In this document: in pieces, positions 25,084 through 39,827 of the stretch | How the letters are laid out: the number at the start of each line of letters is the position of its first letter | How positions within the stretch are numbered: the stretch's first letter is position 1 | Translations under genes and position numbers: made by a program | Notes under the pieces: model-generated | What the model was told of the DNA's origin: nothing | The model's database searches: none | Seen by the model: only the letters and a program-made list of their open reading frames with translations | DNA from: Octopus vulgaris | Taxonomy: Eukaryota | Direction of reading: 5' to 3' | Length of the DNA: 64,000 nt | NCBI GenBank assembly: GCA_951406725.2 | Contig: OX597829.1 | Location: 53,692,001 to 53,756,000, forward strand

Positions 25084-25312
25084 TTAACCCTTTCATTACT
25101 AACCCAGCTGAAACCAGCTCTGGCTCTGAGTACAAATATCTTGTTTTCATAAGTTTTGAATTAAAATCTTCCACCAAACCTTAGTCACAATTTATATTCC
25201 TAACACTAGCTTAATAGTAACTAAGTTATTGTACTAAATTCTTTGTTGTATTTAAAATTGATTGAAAGAAACACAGAGCATCTCAAAAGAAATAGGGTAA
25301 CAAAAGGGTTAA
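25084..25312. mobile_element. piggyBac-like MITE
   Basis: TTAA-CCCTTT...AAAGGG-TTAA ends. Confidence 0.75.
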
Positions 25313-25689
25313 TCAAATTCATTCCATGCTGTTGTTGTGGCTCTTTTCATCTCATCCTTAATCAACTCTGGTGTCCTTCAGGATTGATTGGACCATCCGA
25401 TTCTCTTCTTCCTTTAACATCCTTCTATTTGCTGCAACATGCAACAATATTCATTTTTATGTAATCAACACAACTTTTCATCTATTTTTTTCCTTGACCA
25501 TACATTGTCCTTATTGATTCCTTAAACAAAGACATGGAGAGCATTGAGACCATGCCAACTATTGTTGGCATTGGGACCATACCGTTTTTTTTCTTTCTTA
25601 GCAGTAAAGAAAACAAACTCAAACATTAATCAAGAAAACACTACCTCACTACGCCCACTCTAGACATGTACAGCTAAGAGTTGCAATAG

Positions 25690-25920
25690 GTTAGTCCACA
25701 TTACTCCATGGGGAGTATAGGGCAAGTTTCCCCAGTTTCTCTGGCGTATACAGTCCTTCCTGGACGGGACGCTGGTCCATTTTTAACAGCTGAGAGAACT
25801 GGAACAACATGAAATGAAATGTTTTGCACAAAAACACAAAGCATCGCCTAGTCCAGGAATCGAAACCACAATCTTAGGATCACAAGTCCAGCAACCTAAC
25901 CACTAAGTCATCCGCCTCCT
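25690..25920 (-). mobile_element. tRNA-derived SINE fragment
   Basis: Head ggaggcggatgacttagtggttagg...ggtttcgattcc on the minus strand. Confidence 0.6.
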
Positions 25921-27066
25921 CAAGAGCTGCTTTAGTCACTCCAAATGCTAGGATTTAATATCGCATTAGATCTCACCTGGAAAAAAACCCCACATCTTTA
26001 GCATAGCTAAGATTGTATAGAAAAATACTGGCTCTTTTCAGTCCTCGACAGCTGCTGACACTTAACAAATCTCAAGTGGGGCCCACGGTGGAGAAGTGCT
26101 CCCGCATCAAGGATAGTATCTAGTGCTAGACGAACATTTTGGACTGCATCTAAGTGAAGCCCCACTCAGATGATTGGCATTCAATCACGAATAGACACGC
26201 TCCTGCCCCTCGATTTCACTGTCTCTTCTCTTGGCCTTCTCTATCGTTATTACAATGGCCTCTGTGTATCCTGGAAGCTCGACGGTCTCACTTCTCCACA
26301 TCTTAAATACCAGTAACCCACAGACAAAGCATGTAAAATAAAAAACAAAATTGTGTTTGTACTGTGTATATAGGTACGGTAGTACAGTGTTGTATAATTA
26401 TATATAGTGTCGGTACTACATAAGTATGATAGTAGTTGCACTGCACATACAAGTACGACGGTATAGTGTTAGTATTATATAGTTATAATAGTAGTGTTTG
26501 TATCATATCGATACGATGATATAAAGTTTGTACTGTGAATTGATATGACAATAAAGTGTTTGCTGTAAATATTTAACTTCGGCATCAACTCTGATCGAAC
26601 ACATCTACAATCAAACACGTTTCGGCCATGACTCTCACGTGTATTTGTGTAACGGCGACTGTATTACGGAGAAAGGATTTAAATTCGAGATTTGGCTGCA
26701 ATTTCCATTAGATTAAACTACCTCGAAGAGGCTGCTTCAAAGATAAAACACTTGTATTTCTTAAATTTCTTAGTATACTGTTTACATTATACAAAAGGTA
26801 TGATTAATAATGTTAAACACATATTTCACAAATAACATATCCATTTATTAAATACATGCACATATGCTACACCGTCTGCAGTAATATCCCACGCATTAAA
26901 ATGTCCGAACGTGATATATATATATATATATATAACGGGGGAGGCTGGTTTACTCTGTTACCCTGGGTGAGATACTAAGGATACCCCATGAACCGGCCTC
27001 CTCATTATAATATTAACTGCTCTGCATCTTAGAGTGTGCTTCTCCTCCGGAGTTGTTTTCTACAAA

Positions 27067-27103
<37 letters not shown>

Positions 27104-28599
27104 TTATATAGATTTTCAAAGTGGAAAAATTTACAGATTTTTTCTCTTACGAGGTTTTTCACACTAACTACTGATAATTTCTTATAAAGATTTTATCCTT
27201 AATTTTAAATATATATATATATATAGGTAAACACTATCAAGAAGGAGCATGGTTTTATAAATATATAAATATTTTATCAAATACGTGAACAGTTTTCACA
27301 CAATTTTTTCCCGGGCGCATTTTCTCAAGAACCTGCTATGCCATAATTTACTTTTAGCTCTTTATTACTTGACAATATTTTAATTTTTTTTTTACACCAT
27401 TATTCTTTGCCAAATAATGATGATGCACTGAATGACTACCGACAGATAAACACCTCAATATTATCTAGATAGCTTCTAATAATAACAGTAATCTTAAAAA
27501 CGTGACACAAAAGCATCGACGATATTTCTTTGTTCGTCAAGGTTAATGTAATTATTAAATTAAATTACAATCCGAGTGTGGTTATCTCCCTTGGTTATTC
27601 ATAAAAGCAGACAGAAAAAAAGAATGAACAGCTGGAAGAAAGTTAGTATTAGTATGACTGAAAAGAATAAGGGAGAGTACCTTTCCATGAGAAAACTAGA
27701 TACCAGTTGGCATGACGAACCTACTTTGACAAATACGACACCGGACCTTGTTATCTGGCTTCCAGAAATCCTGAAACCTTGTACCATATTGGGCAATACC
27801 CAGTATTGAGAACACAAACCCTCTTTTTTTTAAAGTTGTTTAATTTGCATATGGCGAGTTAAAAACAGTTTTGATTCCCAGTTTTTTAAAATGAATTGAA
27901 TAAAGTTAAACACTCTGCTTTAAAAGTGTATTAATTTGTTGCTGATCTGTTGAATAAAATCATATTCTTTACTTTTCTTCCTTCAATTTTCGCTCTGTAA
28001 ATATTTTATTCATCATCATCATCATCATCGTTTAACGTCCGTTCTCCATGCCAGCATGGGTTGGACGGTTCGACCGGGGATCTGGGAAGCCAGAAGGCTG
28101 CACCAGGCTCCGGTCTTATCTGGCAATGTTTCTACAGCTGGATGCCCTTCCTAACGCCAACCACTCCGTGAGTGTAGTGGGTGCTTGTATATATTATACA
28201 ATAGATATATCTTCAGAGGATTAATAAAAATATTAAAAAGATCCTGCTTTAGAAGTGTATTAATCTGAATCTGTTAAATGTAATTTAATTCTTTATTTTT
28301 TATACTTTATTTTATATCTTAAGTATATATTTAGAGTGTCTACAGAAAATCCAGAAATCTGAGACCCTTCCAATTCTTAGTTTGCCAGGTAATTGGTCTG
28401 CCACCGTATTGTCTTTCACATTTGCAGAACTCGGATACTGCTTTTTAATATTTAAGAGAAAAAGAATATAATTCTCAAAGTAAACAGTAAGAAATGGTGA
28501 AAGAAGAAAATAAAGAGGAAATCAGTAAATAGATAATCGAAATAGAGATATGTATACCCATTGAATCATTCATCATGCCAGGAGAAACAAGGGCTCATC

Positions 28600-29100
28600 A
28601 GCATCAGCATCATTATCATCATCGTTTAACGTCCGTTTTCCATGCTGGCATGGGTTAGACAGTTTGACTAAGCACTGGTAAGCCAGAAGGCTGTACCAGA
28701 CTTCAGTCTGATCTGGCAAAGTTTCTACAGGTGTATGCTTTTCCTAATGCCAACCACTCCAAGAGTGTAGTGGCTGGTTTTTACATTTCACTGACACAGG
28801 AGCCAATCAGGTGGAACTGGCATCAACCACATTCGGATGGTGCTTTTTACATGCCACCAGCACAGGAGCCAGTCAGGGGGCACTGACATCGACCACGCTT
28901 GAATGGTGCTTTTTACGTGTCCCACTGGCATGAGGGCCAGTCAGGCAGCAATGGCATTGACCATGCCCGAATGGTGCTTTTTATGTGCTACTGGCACAGG
29001 ACCAGTCAAATAGAACTGGCATCAGTCACACACAAATGGTGCTTTTTATGTGCCACTGGCATGGGGCCAGTCAAGTGCCATTGGCATCGACCACGCTCGA
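28600..29100 (-). mobile_element. RTE 3' UTR with tandem ~65-bp subrepeats
   Basis: Five tggtgcttttta.gtgccac.ggcac.ggagccagtca units after a (CAT)n tail. Confidence 0.8.
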
Positions 29101-29249
29101 CTCTTTAAAAATTTTTAGATACTCCAAAACATTCATGACAGTATTGTTGGTGATTGCAAGTCTGAGACAGTGGAACAGCCAGGCACCAGGATAGAACTTC
29201 ATCTGGTACATCAGTTGAAACAAGATACTAAGGAAATGAAAACATTAAC

Positions 29250-31050
29250 CTTGCCAGTGGTCCCAGCTTCTATCAATATCATTAAAAAAAAAACACAAGT
29301 TTAATCATTTAACAGATATAAAGTATTTCAGTGTCTTATTTCATTCAGTTATGGATTCATTGACCTCAGTCACAGCATTAACAATATGTGATGGAGTAAA
29401 TGAGTTTCTTATGATGGTGTCCCATATGAGATATCTGTATCTTGTCTGAGAGTAAAGGGTAAAGAGTGAGTCCAATAGGCTTCTTCCCATTATCCTTATT
29501 GACTCCCTTATCTTGTTGACTCCGGGATTGAGGGAATATATATTCATTCCAATTAGGGTTTGTTTAATAATCAGGTTTATCTCTTTATGGTAAACAATGT
29601 GACTTGCATTTAGTCAAGATGACAATCCATGAAGACTTCTGGAATCAATGAGCATAGAACAAAGACACCTCAATCTGCCATATATCAACTTCATATCTGG
29701 AGTGGATGTGATGCAGACCTCAACAGGGCTAATTAAGGCACTGGTATTATCTAAAGGAAAGCATAAAGACTGAACAGCAAGAGAGTTGTGCTTTGGCTGC
29801 AAAATGTCCCAAACTCTCTGGGTTGAATCTCCCCACTCTGGAAGTAACGATTCTAGTAAATTCCACAGTTGTAGAACTTCATCCACTTCCCTTCAAGAGT
29901 TAGTCCATGTCAGGAAAGTAAGAGTACTGTCTGCCAAAGAGGAGTAAGCTTGACTGAAAGAGAGAGAGCAAGGAGGAAATTGACAAGAACATTTAAATTA
30001 GCCCCTTCCTCACTGATTCGGCAACACTGCCTGAGCAGAAGATACTGATGTGAGCTTAACATTGATTAGGTTTTGAATTTTTCTTGAATTGAATCATCAA
30101 AGTGTTGTAGAAATAGTAAGAATCTGACCAAGGGACTAGCCCTTACAATGTAAACTAGCTTGGAGATAAATGATAGTAAAAAGAAATCTTGATAGAACAC
30201 AATTAATGTTGGTGTTTTTCTGTCATTGTTTGTATTTTGTCATAGGAAAAAATAAATTAAAAAGCAAAATAAGAAATTGGGAATCCAAGGGAAGTCCATG
30301 CCAATGATGGAGAAACCATGATGACAAGGGCAAGAGGAGGGGATTTGATGAACAGATCCACCATAGTGTGCCATTGTGAAGATAAATAACCATTCATCTT
30401 TGCAATACCCAAAATTCACATTTGGAACTATTTGCTTCAAGACTCCTACAATTGAATTTATGAGTCACTAACAACAATCGCTCATGCAAATAATACAAGA
30501 CTAAGTTGCCTTTTCTGAAATCCTGAGACAGAAAACAAAATATGTGCCACTTGCTGAAGGGTAGAGGGCTCTAGATAAGCCTCCAAAGTAAAGTGGTAGA
30601 GCTTTGGAATCCTCTCTTTCACTAAACTGAGAATGACAACAGCAGGACTCCCTGGCTGAAAGGGTGCAGATTCCAAAGAGTGGTGATAGAGGCCTTTGAT
30701 AAACATGCTTTTGATGTGTGGCACCAGCAGATATGGGATGGAGATCACCATCAGGTTTAAAGAGACCAAGTAGCTGAACACCAAACAACAAACACTGTAT
30801 GTAGGGGAGTTTACTCTCTGAAGAAGAAAATTTATTCACTGACTGCATGAGACAATCCAAATCTTCAAGGCCAACATTACCACCTGACAAAGGAAATGTC
30901 ATCATTATGACTGTAAATGTGGTCTGATAACATTTGCTACAAGATTGTGGGGTGGAGTGAAGACCATCAATTCCAGGACCAGACCCAACAGGAAAAGAAC
31001 TGATTGCCATTTTGACATTATCAAGGGTCTTAAATACCCTAGTGGCTTAA
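29250..31050 (-). pseudogene. Degraded CRE-clade retrotransposon (RT and RLE remnants)
   Basis: AISSFPVGSGPGIDGL...LFKPDGDLHPISAG (RT domains 0-1); HKEINLIIKQTL, KDNGKKPIGLTLYP and YLIWDT (RLE) near 29400-29590. Confidence 0.75.
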
Positions 31051-32304
31051 GCCATTACAATCAATCTGCTGAAGGGGCAGGTGGGTCTTTCCTTCTCAAA
31101 TGATTCAAACGGACCCCGCATGAATTTGAAAGAAAAGAGGGAAGGTAGACCGCTCCTTTGATGTCATTGAATTTAGCATTGTTTGTAAAATGTTTGTTGT
31201 TTTTGTTCAGCACTAAGTCAGTCCTGACCAAGTAGGCCTATGGTTGAATACATTACAACAATGACCATCACTTCCAACCATTTTTTTTCAGGCAAATTGT
31301 ACTTCAAACTACATTGTTTAATGTACCCTATTTTTAAATTGGCAGGGTGTAGCTTGAGGGGTTTTTGTTTTGCTGTCATTTCTAGCAGTATGAGAAAACG
31401 TAGGGGCTTCTTTGATGGATTTTATGTGCATTGTATGCGATTGACTTCCTGGAATATAGTTTGGGATGCATTTTGTTGTGTTATTTGGTGTTTGTATTCT
31501 TATGTCTTTAATTGTTAACTTTATTTAACATGATTATAATAGTTTACACAGGTGGCAGGAGGTAGATTTCAAATTAAAAGTTATCTCTGGAATTACAAAG
31601 GAGAGAAAAAGATCTTCTTGCACAGGCATTGCACGATAACAACATTGATTAAGTTTCGTGCAATGGCCATACTCGATAACGAGGGGGCAGCCACCATGTT
31701 TGTATGTATGTATGTATGTATGTATGTATGTATGTATGTATGTATGTATGTATGTATACATGTATGCATGTATGCATGTATGTATGTTTAAATTCTACAG
31801 CATATAATTATTTATTTAGAACTCCGTCTGCCAGCCTCGTCTGGCACCTGTGTCGGTGGCACATAAAAAACACCATCCGAGCGTGGCCGTTTGCCAGCCT
31901 CGTCTGGCACCTGTGTCGGTGGCACATAAAATCACCCACTACACTCTCGGAGTGGTTGGCGTTAGGAAGGGCATCCAGCTGTAGAAACACTGCCAGATCT
32001 GACTGGACTGGTGCAGCTTTCGGGCTCCCCAGACCCCAGTTGAACCGTCCAACCCATGCTAGCATGGAAAGCGGACGTTAAATGATGATGATGATGATGA
32101 TGAACTCCATGTGCACACTCTCATAAAATAGAAAACTGATGAGGAATTCAAGTATTATAAAATATTTCTTCCCATAGTAAAAAAGATCTCAAAATACATA
32201 AGAAAAATTGGAGAGTGAGTTCATAAGGTGGTTTAATATTACCATCTTACATGTATTTCATTAACAATTATATCTGTTATATAAGGTGAACCCTTATAAA
32301 CAAA

Positions 32305-32495
32305 AGGCATCATGAGATCTTCAGAGATTGCATAACAAATGTGAATTACCCTAAAGTTTATAATGCATATTATACGGTGTTATGATATCAACAAACATAA
32401 CTACAATTTGTTGATACCATAGCACTGTCCGATGTCCATTATAAATCATAAAGGTTATTTACATTTGTTATACAATTTCTGAAGACTTGATGATA
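32305..32495. repeat. Degenerate ~190-bp palindrome
   Basis: tcttcagagattgcataacaaatgtgaat / atttacatttgttatacaatttctgaaga; centre gatatcaacaaa...tttgttgatacc. Confidence 0.7.
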
Positions 32496-33767
32496 TAATC
32501 TGCTAATAAGTTTTTACAGATCTTTTCTGTTGCTGTCACAGTTCTTGAAATTTTAAAATTAAATGAAAATTTTCAAATTTGTTATATTAATGTAATTTTT
32601 CATGCTGAATCTGATCTTGTTATTCACTTGTTCTAGAAAAGTTTTAGAAAAATGCTACAGAGGTTTAAAATGTGATAATTTTTACCCAGTCAGAAAACAG
32701 GATTTGGAAGTAGGCATTTTGTACATGATAGCTGTCTAGCACAACATTACACTGACAATGAAAACAATATTCTACCACAATGAAAGCTGTGAGAAGTTTT
32801 GAAGTATTAGTAATTTTAAATGAATAAAGTCATGTGAAACATTGTAACAGGCAATGAAATTTTCTTTAGGCAAAAAATTGCACAAAAGACAAATTGTACA
32901 TTATACTATTGTAGTTCGGGTCATGTAAACAATTAATACATTTTTTGTTACAAAATTTCATAAGACATACTCTAGGAGTTTCTCCTCAAATAAATTACAA
33001 TTTTTGTATCTCCTGTGCAGTGGCATCTCTTAAATAAAATTAGTGGGGGGGTGCTGCTTCAGAAAATTTTTAGCCCTTGTTTTAATATTGTGTAAAAGGA
33101 AAGAAACATATAAAAAGAAAATTTATATATAAACTTGATCAGTTCACGTTTTAGCCACTGCCGGGTGGTGTGTTTGATTTGTTCATTGAACACTGCTACG
33201 AATTCCCCCTTGTTTTTCAAAAATCCCTCCTAAATCACAAAATAATGGGGTGGGGATGTGCCCTATTTTTCAAATCCTGACAGCAACATTGACGCAGGAT
33301 AATCTAATTCTACACTTTATCACATTCAAGAATATAAATTAAGCATAACACACACACAGTCAAAAAGAAACACTACCTTTCACCTGGTACAGTCGTTCAT
33401 GCAGTGCTCTCTCTCCCCCTAGTGTGAAGCTTCCTATCTCGAATGTGAGCATGCACACAACAGCAAAAAAAAAAAACACATTGCTGGAACTGTGAAGTGC
33501 ATAGTTCTATTCAAGGATTTTTGTATTTTTTTCATTAACTAGGGGATGGTTACTGACCAAGGATTATACAATATACATGTATAAAGAAAGAATTAAAGAA
33601 AAAAGGACTCATTATATTGAATGTTATCAACAATATCGAGTGGAAATAGGGGGTGCTGCAGTTCCACAGTTCCTATACACAAGCCACCACTGCTCCTGCA
33701 CCACTTAAACTTGCAGAGATATGAACCATAGAGCAGTGGCTCCCACAGTGTCATTTATTCACTTGTT

Positions 33768-34035
33768 TCACTCTTGCCTATGTACTGTTTCTACTTGTAT
33801 GTGGGTACCATCTTTGGAATTAGTAAACTCCATGATGTGGTTCACTGTTCTATGCCAAAAATTATAACCATCAATTTCAGGAATGTGTGAGTAGGCCCTC
33901 AACAAGTCACTGAAAACTGTGGTTCTTGGAAGAATTGACTGACGTATGCATTCCTCTAGTGTGTTGTGATTCCAACATGGCACTGCATAAAGAAAAACCT
34001 GCCTGGTTTTGCAACAAACTCCTCCAAAAAACCTA
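33768..34035 (-). pseudogene. Merlin (IS1016/ISXO2-like) DDE transposase fragment
   Basis: FFGGVCCKTRQVFLYAVP...NTLEECIRQSILPRTTVFSDLLRAYSHI...HRTVNHIMEFTNSKDGTHIQ matches the GT.I.SD.W.AY / H.TVNH..F...G.HT signature. Confidence 0.85.
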
Positions 34036-34977
34036 CTGATCAGGTAGTACCTTTCCTCAGTTATATTTACATCTTCAGAAGACTGTTTCATTTATCTCAA
34101 CAATCTTCCAAGCAGGTCCTCCGCACATATTTCACAAACATAGCTTTTGTTATCAACAGCTGTGCAGTGGCTGATCCCCGTTTCTTCAACACAAAACGAC
34201 TGAAATGAGGCAATACAAACATTCAGAAAATAGGGACTTGTCAAAGGAAATAGACAAGTAAAAGCAATACACATAGTTGTAGTAATTTAAGCAGACTACT
34301 TGGCTTGATTCTATGGAAACAGACACCCGTATGTCTGTGATTTTCAATTTGCTAAAATTATCCAATATTCGCAAACTTTAAAAGTTGCTGGCTCTTTATT
34401 TATCAATTTATGGGAAAATGTTCATCTTTACCAATGAGAAAGACTGTTATCTACTTGCAGTTCCTCATATTCACAGTTTCCATACCAGTGTTAAAGGAAA
34501 TAAAATGATTCCTCCACAAGCCAGAGAAAAGTTGGCAATAAAAAGTAGCACTGCAAGAGATCTGAGTAACAATGGTTGACTGTTGCCAAGGACCACAGCC
34601 ACAAGATCAAGGATGTGTGGCAATTTGTAGCTGAGCCAAAGTTTCAGGATTTGAGAGAGATAAGAAAAAAATATCCAGGAAGGTAACCATTTTTTTGTCT
34701 TTTTACCAATTGCTACAATAACAGGATTGAAGGTTGGATGTTTGAATATTTTTGCTGACCTGAAGATGTTTGCCACTAATAATGTTTCTTTGCTTTTCTT
34801 AATACTTGGGATGTTGAAAACATAAGTAAATATCTGTATGTATCGTATGGCAACCAGTTTTATTCATGGGGCTGATTGACAGTGAAAAACTGGAAAAGTT
34901 ATAAATCCATCAGTTGCTGAAGTACTGAAGGTCTTCAAGTTGTTTACACACTTTATGAATTAGTTATTCAGGGATTA

Positions 34978-35293
34978 TTAACCCCTTACCCAACAATTAT
35001 TTTCAAAATAAATGTATTTTTTCAGACATATTTTTTAATTGTTTTATTTTACTATGTTTTGAATGGTGATTTCGAGGTATATTTCAAACCTTATTTATTA
35101 TAAATTTTAATTCAATAATATTGATTTTAAATTACCGCTTTGGGCAGAAATGAGTTAACCCGTTTTTAGACGAAGGAACTCCTTTGCTGTCGATTTTGGC
35201 GAGTCTATCTTTTGACGAGTTAACTCGCCAGAGATAGAAAAAAATGATTTCGGTCAAAACACATATATTCGTTTCTGCCGGGTAAGGGGTTAA
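34978..35293. mobile_element. piggyBac-like MITE
   Basis: TTAA-CCCCTTACCC...GGGTAAGGGG-TTAA. Confidence 0.75.
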
Positions 35294-35527
35294 GAAAGCT
35301 TCAAGCTTTAATGTAGGCTTTACGACCAAAGCATTTCCTTTTAGGGAGCAGAAAACATTTTAATCTTAAAAAAAAAAACCTGCACTAAAGAAGTGTTTAC
35401 ATATGTGAGATACACTTACATATTTTGCTGAATGAAAATGTAAGACGATAAATAAGTAATCAAATAACTGCTTGGTAAACAAACCTTCGCTACCAATAAT
35501 GTTCATCTAAGCACTGGCATGACTATA

Positions 35528-35699
35528 GGTGCAGGTGTGACTGTGTGGTAAGAAGCTGGCTTCCCAACCATATGGTTCTGGGTTCAGTCCCACTGCTTGG
35601 CACCTTAGGCAAGTGTCTTCTACTATAGCCTCAGGTCCACCAAAGCCTTGTGAGTGGATTTGGTAGACAGAAACTGAAAGAAGCCTGTTGTATATATAA

Positions 35700-35734
<35 letters not shown>

Positions 35735-35992
35735 TGTATGTATGTATGTATGTATGTATGTATGTATGTATGTATGTATGTATGTATTTATTAGTGTGTC
35801 TGTATTTGTGCCCCACCATTGCTTGACAGCTGATGTTGGTGTGTTTATGTCCTTGTAACTCAGCAGTTCAGTAAAAGAGAATAAGTACTGGGCTTACAAA
35901 GAATAAGTCCTAGGGTCAATTTGTTCAACTAAAAGCAGTGCTCCAGTATGGCTGCAGTCAAATGACTGAAACAAGTAAAAGAATAAAAGAAT
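35528..35992 (+). mobile_element. Complete CORE-type tRNA SINE with internal (TATG)n
   Basis: A/B boxes (ctgtgtggtaag, gggttcagtcc), accttaggcaagt core, tail gcagtcaaatgactgaaacaagtaaaagaat; partial copies at 14165-14400, 14585-14810 and 23870-24030. Confidence 0.8.
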
Positions 35993-36039
35993 ACACACAA
36001 TCATGTGTAGTACCCCTCAGAACTTGCACTCTATATACG

Positions 36040-37790
36040 ATCTTCTTGGAGGCTTAAGAATTCTGTGAATGGTCAGAGATTTAGAGACATCCTAATTGAA
36101 GCACTTAACAAGAAGTTGGAGGAGTTACAGACATGTAACATAGAGGACAATCAGAAGTTCCTACAGGACAACTTACTGAGTACCACAAACCAAATCTGTG
36201 ACTGGTGCAAAGTCCTGACCAGACGCAGGATGACGTGATGGTGGAACAGTGTAGTTGACAGGGCCATTAAAGTGAAGGATTGGGAAAATGGTGGAAACAG
36301 AGAACTATATCAGGTAGATAGAAGAGAAGTTAGAAGACACTTAGACAGGAAAGAAACAGAAAGAAAGAAGGTTTCCAGTGTCCTGCAGCAAGAGGACCAG
36401 AAACTTGAGGGGTTTGGGATTGCAAGACAGTGTCAGAGAAAGCCATGATGTTGTAGGAGAGAAGCACGTTCACATGAGTGATGGCTCATTTGTAGTTATG
36501 GATCCTGCAAAGAAGGAGGTTTAGAAGTGCCACTATGAAAAGTTGCTAAATGTAGAGAATGTATGGAAGAAGGAGAGCCTGCTTAATGTGGGCCCAACAG
36601 AGGGACCAGCTATCTGTATTGACAGTAGCTTAGTATATAAAGTAATTAAGAAGATAAAGACAGGGAAAGCCCTCAACCCATCAGGAATCACCACTGAAAT
36701 CCTTAATTTAGCAAAGACTAAAGTCCTAGTAAGTAGGAAAGTAGATGAATCACTGGTCCTTTCAGAGAAATGGCCCTGCTTAATATGTAGAAAAGGTGTC
36801 GGTAGAAACTCCATAAAGTGTACCCAGTGCAGGCTATGGACATATAAGAGGTGCAGCAGTATCACATGATGGTCAGCAGAAAAAGCAGTCTTTGTGTGTG
36901 GCAGATGTGCAGGTACATTAAACATGAGAAATGTCTGGGATGATCTTTTAGAAGTAGCAGACAGTTTCCATTACTTAAGCGACCAAGTTAGCTGTGGAGG
37001 AGGTAGTTCTGAAAGTGTAGATGCTAGAATAAGAACGGGCTGGGCAAAAGTTTAGAGAGCTGCTATTTCTGCTGGTAACAAAGATCTTCTCCTTCAGAGT
37101 GAAAGGCAGGTTGTATGATGTCTGTGTATGAACAGCTGTGCCACATGGCAGTGGAACATGAGCTGTGACTACTGAGGACAGGTTTGAAAGAAATGAAGCC
37201 AACAAGCTCCACTAGATGGCAGGGTGTGCATATACTCTGTATATGACTTAAGAAAAAATTGGATATTAGGGGCATCAAATGTACTGCGCTGGTATGATCA
37301 TGTGATGTATATAGATGAGAACAGCGGTATTAAGAAGTGCTAATCTCTAATTGTGGAGGAACTGTATGAAAGAGGTAGACCAAGGAAATTGGTGAGAAAG
37401 GACCATCAGACTTTAGGCCTCACAAAGATGTCAAGGAATTGAGACTTCTGTCGATTTACTATGCTTAAGAAGACATGTCAAGCTAAGCAGAATTGTGGCT
37501 GTCCATACGTACAGGCATTTCCTCTACATCCCTCTCTCAACTGAGAGGTCCCAGTTTTGCAGGCTTGCAGGTGCTGGTGCCATGTAAAAGCACCTGTGCT
37601 GATGCTACACAAAAGCACCCATGCTGGGGTTACATAAAACCATCCAGTACATTCTGTAAAGTGGTAGGTATAAGGAAGGACATCCAGCCATGGCAAAACA
37701 GACAAAATGGAGCCTGGGCATCTCTCCAGCTTTGTCAGCTCCTGTAGAATGGAGAACAGTTGTTAAATGGTGGTGGTGGTGGTGGTGGTT
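36040..37790 (+). mobile_element. Internally deleted RTE LINE
   Basis: KTGKALNPSGITTEIL is fused directly to NLAKTKVL, so RT domains 1-5 are deleted; PHD-like finger and 3' tail present. Confidence 0.85.
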
Positions 37791-38505
37791 TTCTTTTACT
37801 TGCTATCATAACATTTCCTGTCTCAACCTTTTAATTCTCTATTATATACTTTATCCAGTTCTTCCTTTCCCGGAACTGTATTAATTTAGAATTCATTCTT
37901 TATTTGTTAACTTAAGCTTTCGTGTGTCTGTGAAACCAACAAAAATTATATATTGTTTTGATTTTCCTCCACTCTACTGGAATTTTTTATGCAAAGGGTA
38001 GTTTTCTTCTTGAGTACAGAAAACGTGAATGTATGACTGTAAGAACCAAGAAAACAAATAGAGAATGGTCTCCAATAGTTACAATTTCTAAAACCATTTT
38101 CAAACAGAGAGACAAGTGCTGTAAAAAAAATAATAAATCTAATGGTGATGTATTACTTCAACATTGACACTAAACAGAAAATGAGATAATATATAAAATT
38201 AAAAAAACCTCAGCGATGACTAATGGACCTTCATAGGAAAAGCTATAAATCTAATAAGATGTAATTTAATTGTTGTAACAGTATTTAGGTAAATAATCTC
38301 ATTATTATAAAACATAATGTCAGTGAGAGACAGTGATTGGTGTCTAAAAGTAAAGAGCGTGGAAGACTTAGTAAATTATGTACATCGTACAGTGCAGCAG
38401 GTCTAATGAGGCGGGATTTTGTGTCAATAAAATGTTTCATTATGGCAGCAGTAACAGCAGCAGATTAAGCAGAATGAGGAGCAATGCTAGTGGCAACTTA
38501 AGCAC

Positions 38506-39226
<721 letters not shown>

Positions 39227-39481
39227 AACGTACATACGAGTGAGCGCACACGTGTATGTATGTATGTGGATATGTACGTATATATATATGTATGTATATA
39301 TGTATGTATGTAATGTATGTATGTATGTGTGTGTGTGTGTGTGTGTGTACATACATTTGTATGTATGTATATATATATATATATGTGTGTGTGTATATAC
39401 ATATCTATGCATGTAAGCATGTATGTATGTGTATGTGAGTATGTATGCGTGCATGTATTTTGTATGTGTGTGTGTGTGTGC

Positions 39482-39512
<31 letters not shown>

Positions 39513-39827
39513 TGTATGTACATGTGTGCATGTACATATATATTTATTTCTATATGTATGTATGAACATATGTGTATGTGTATGTGTGTGTGTGTGTGTG
39601 TTTGCACATATATATATATGTAAGTACCTGTATCATCATCACAATCATCATACAACATCTGCTTTTCATGCTGACATGGGTTACATGGTTCAACTGGAAC
39701 TGGTAAGCCAGAGAGCTGTTCCAGGCTCCAGTTTCATTGGTTTCCACAGCTGGATGCCCTTTTTAATGCCAAACACTCCAGGAGTGTAATTTTAATGAAA
39801 CTGTTTTGATCCATATATATATATATA

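Larger units (their letters stand above)
24050..26300 (+). pseudogene. Degraded CR1/L2/Jockey-group LINE (EN + RT remnants) with nested MITE and SINE
   Basis: ILFGDFNTHN (~24157), KGNPSEPSNYFPI (~24792), KAFDCV (~25021). Confidence 0.65.

Noticed and set aside
28395-28420. miR-71-like sequence (tgaaagaca on the minus strand)
   Set aside because: Only the first 9 nt match and there is no precursor hairpin.
28780-29100. CRISPR-like regularly spaced repeats
   Set aside because: The 'spacers' are homologous to each other, the array lies in an RTE 3' UTR, and there are no cas genes in this eukaryotic context.
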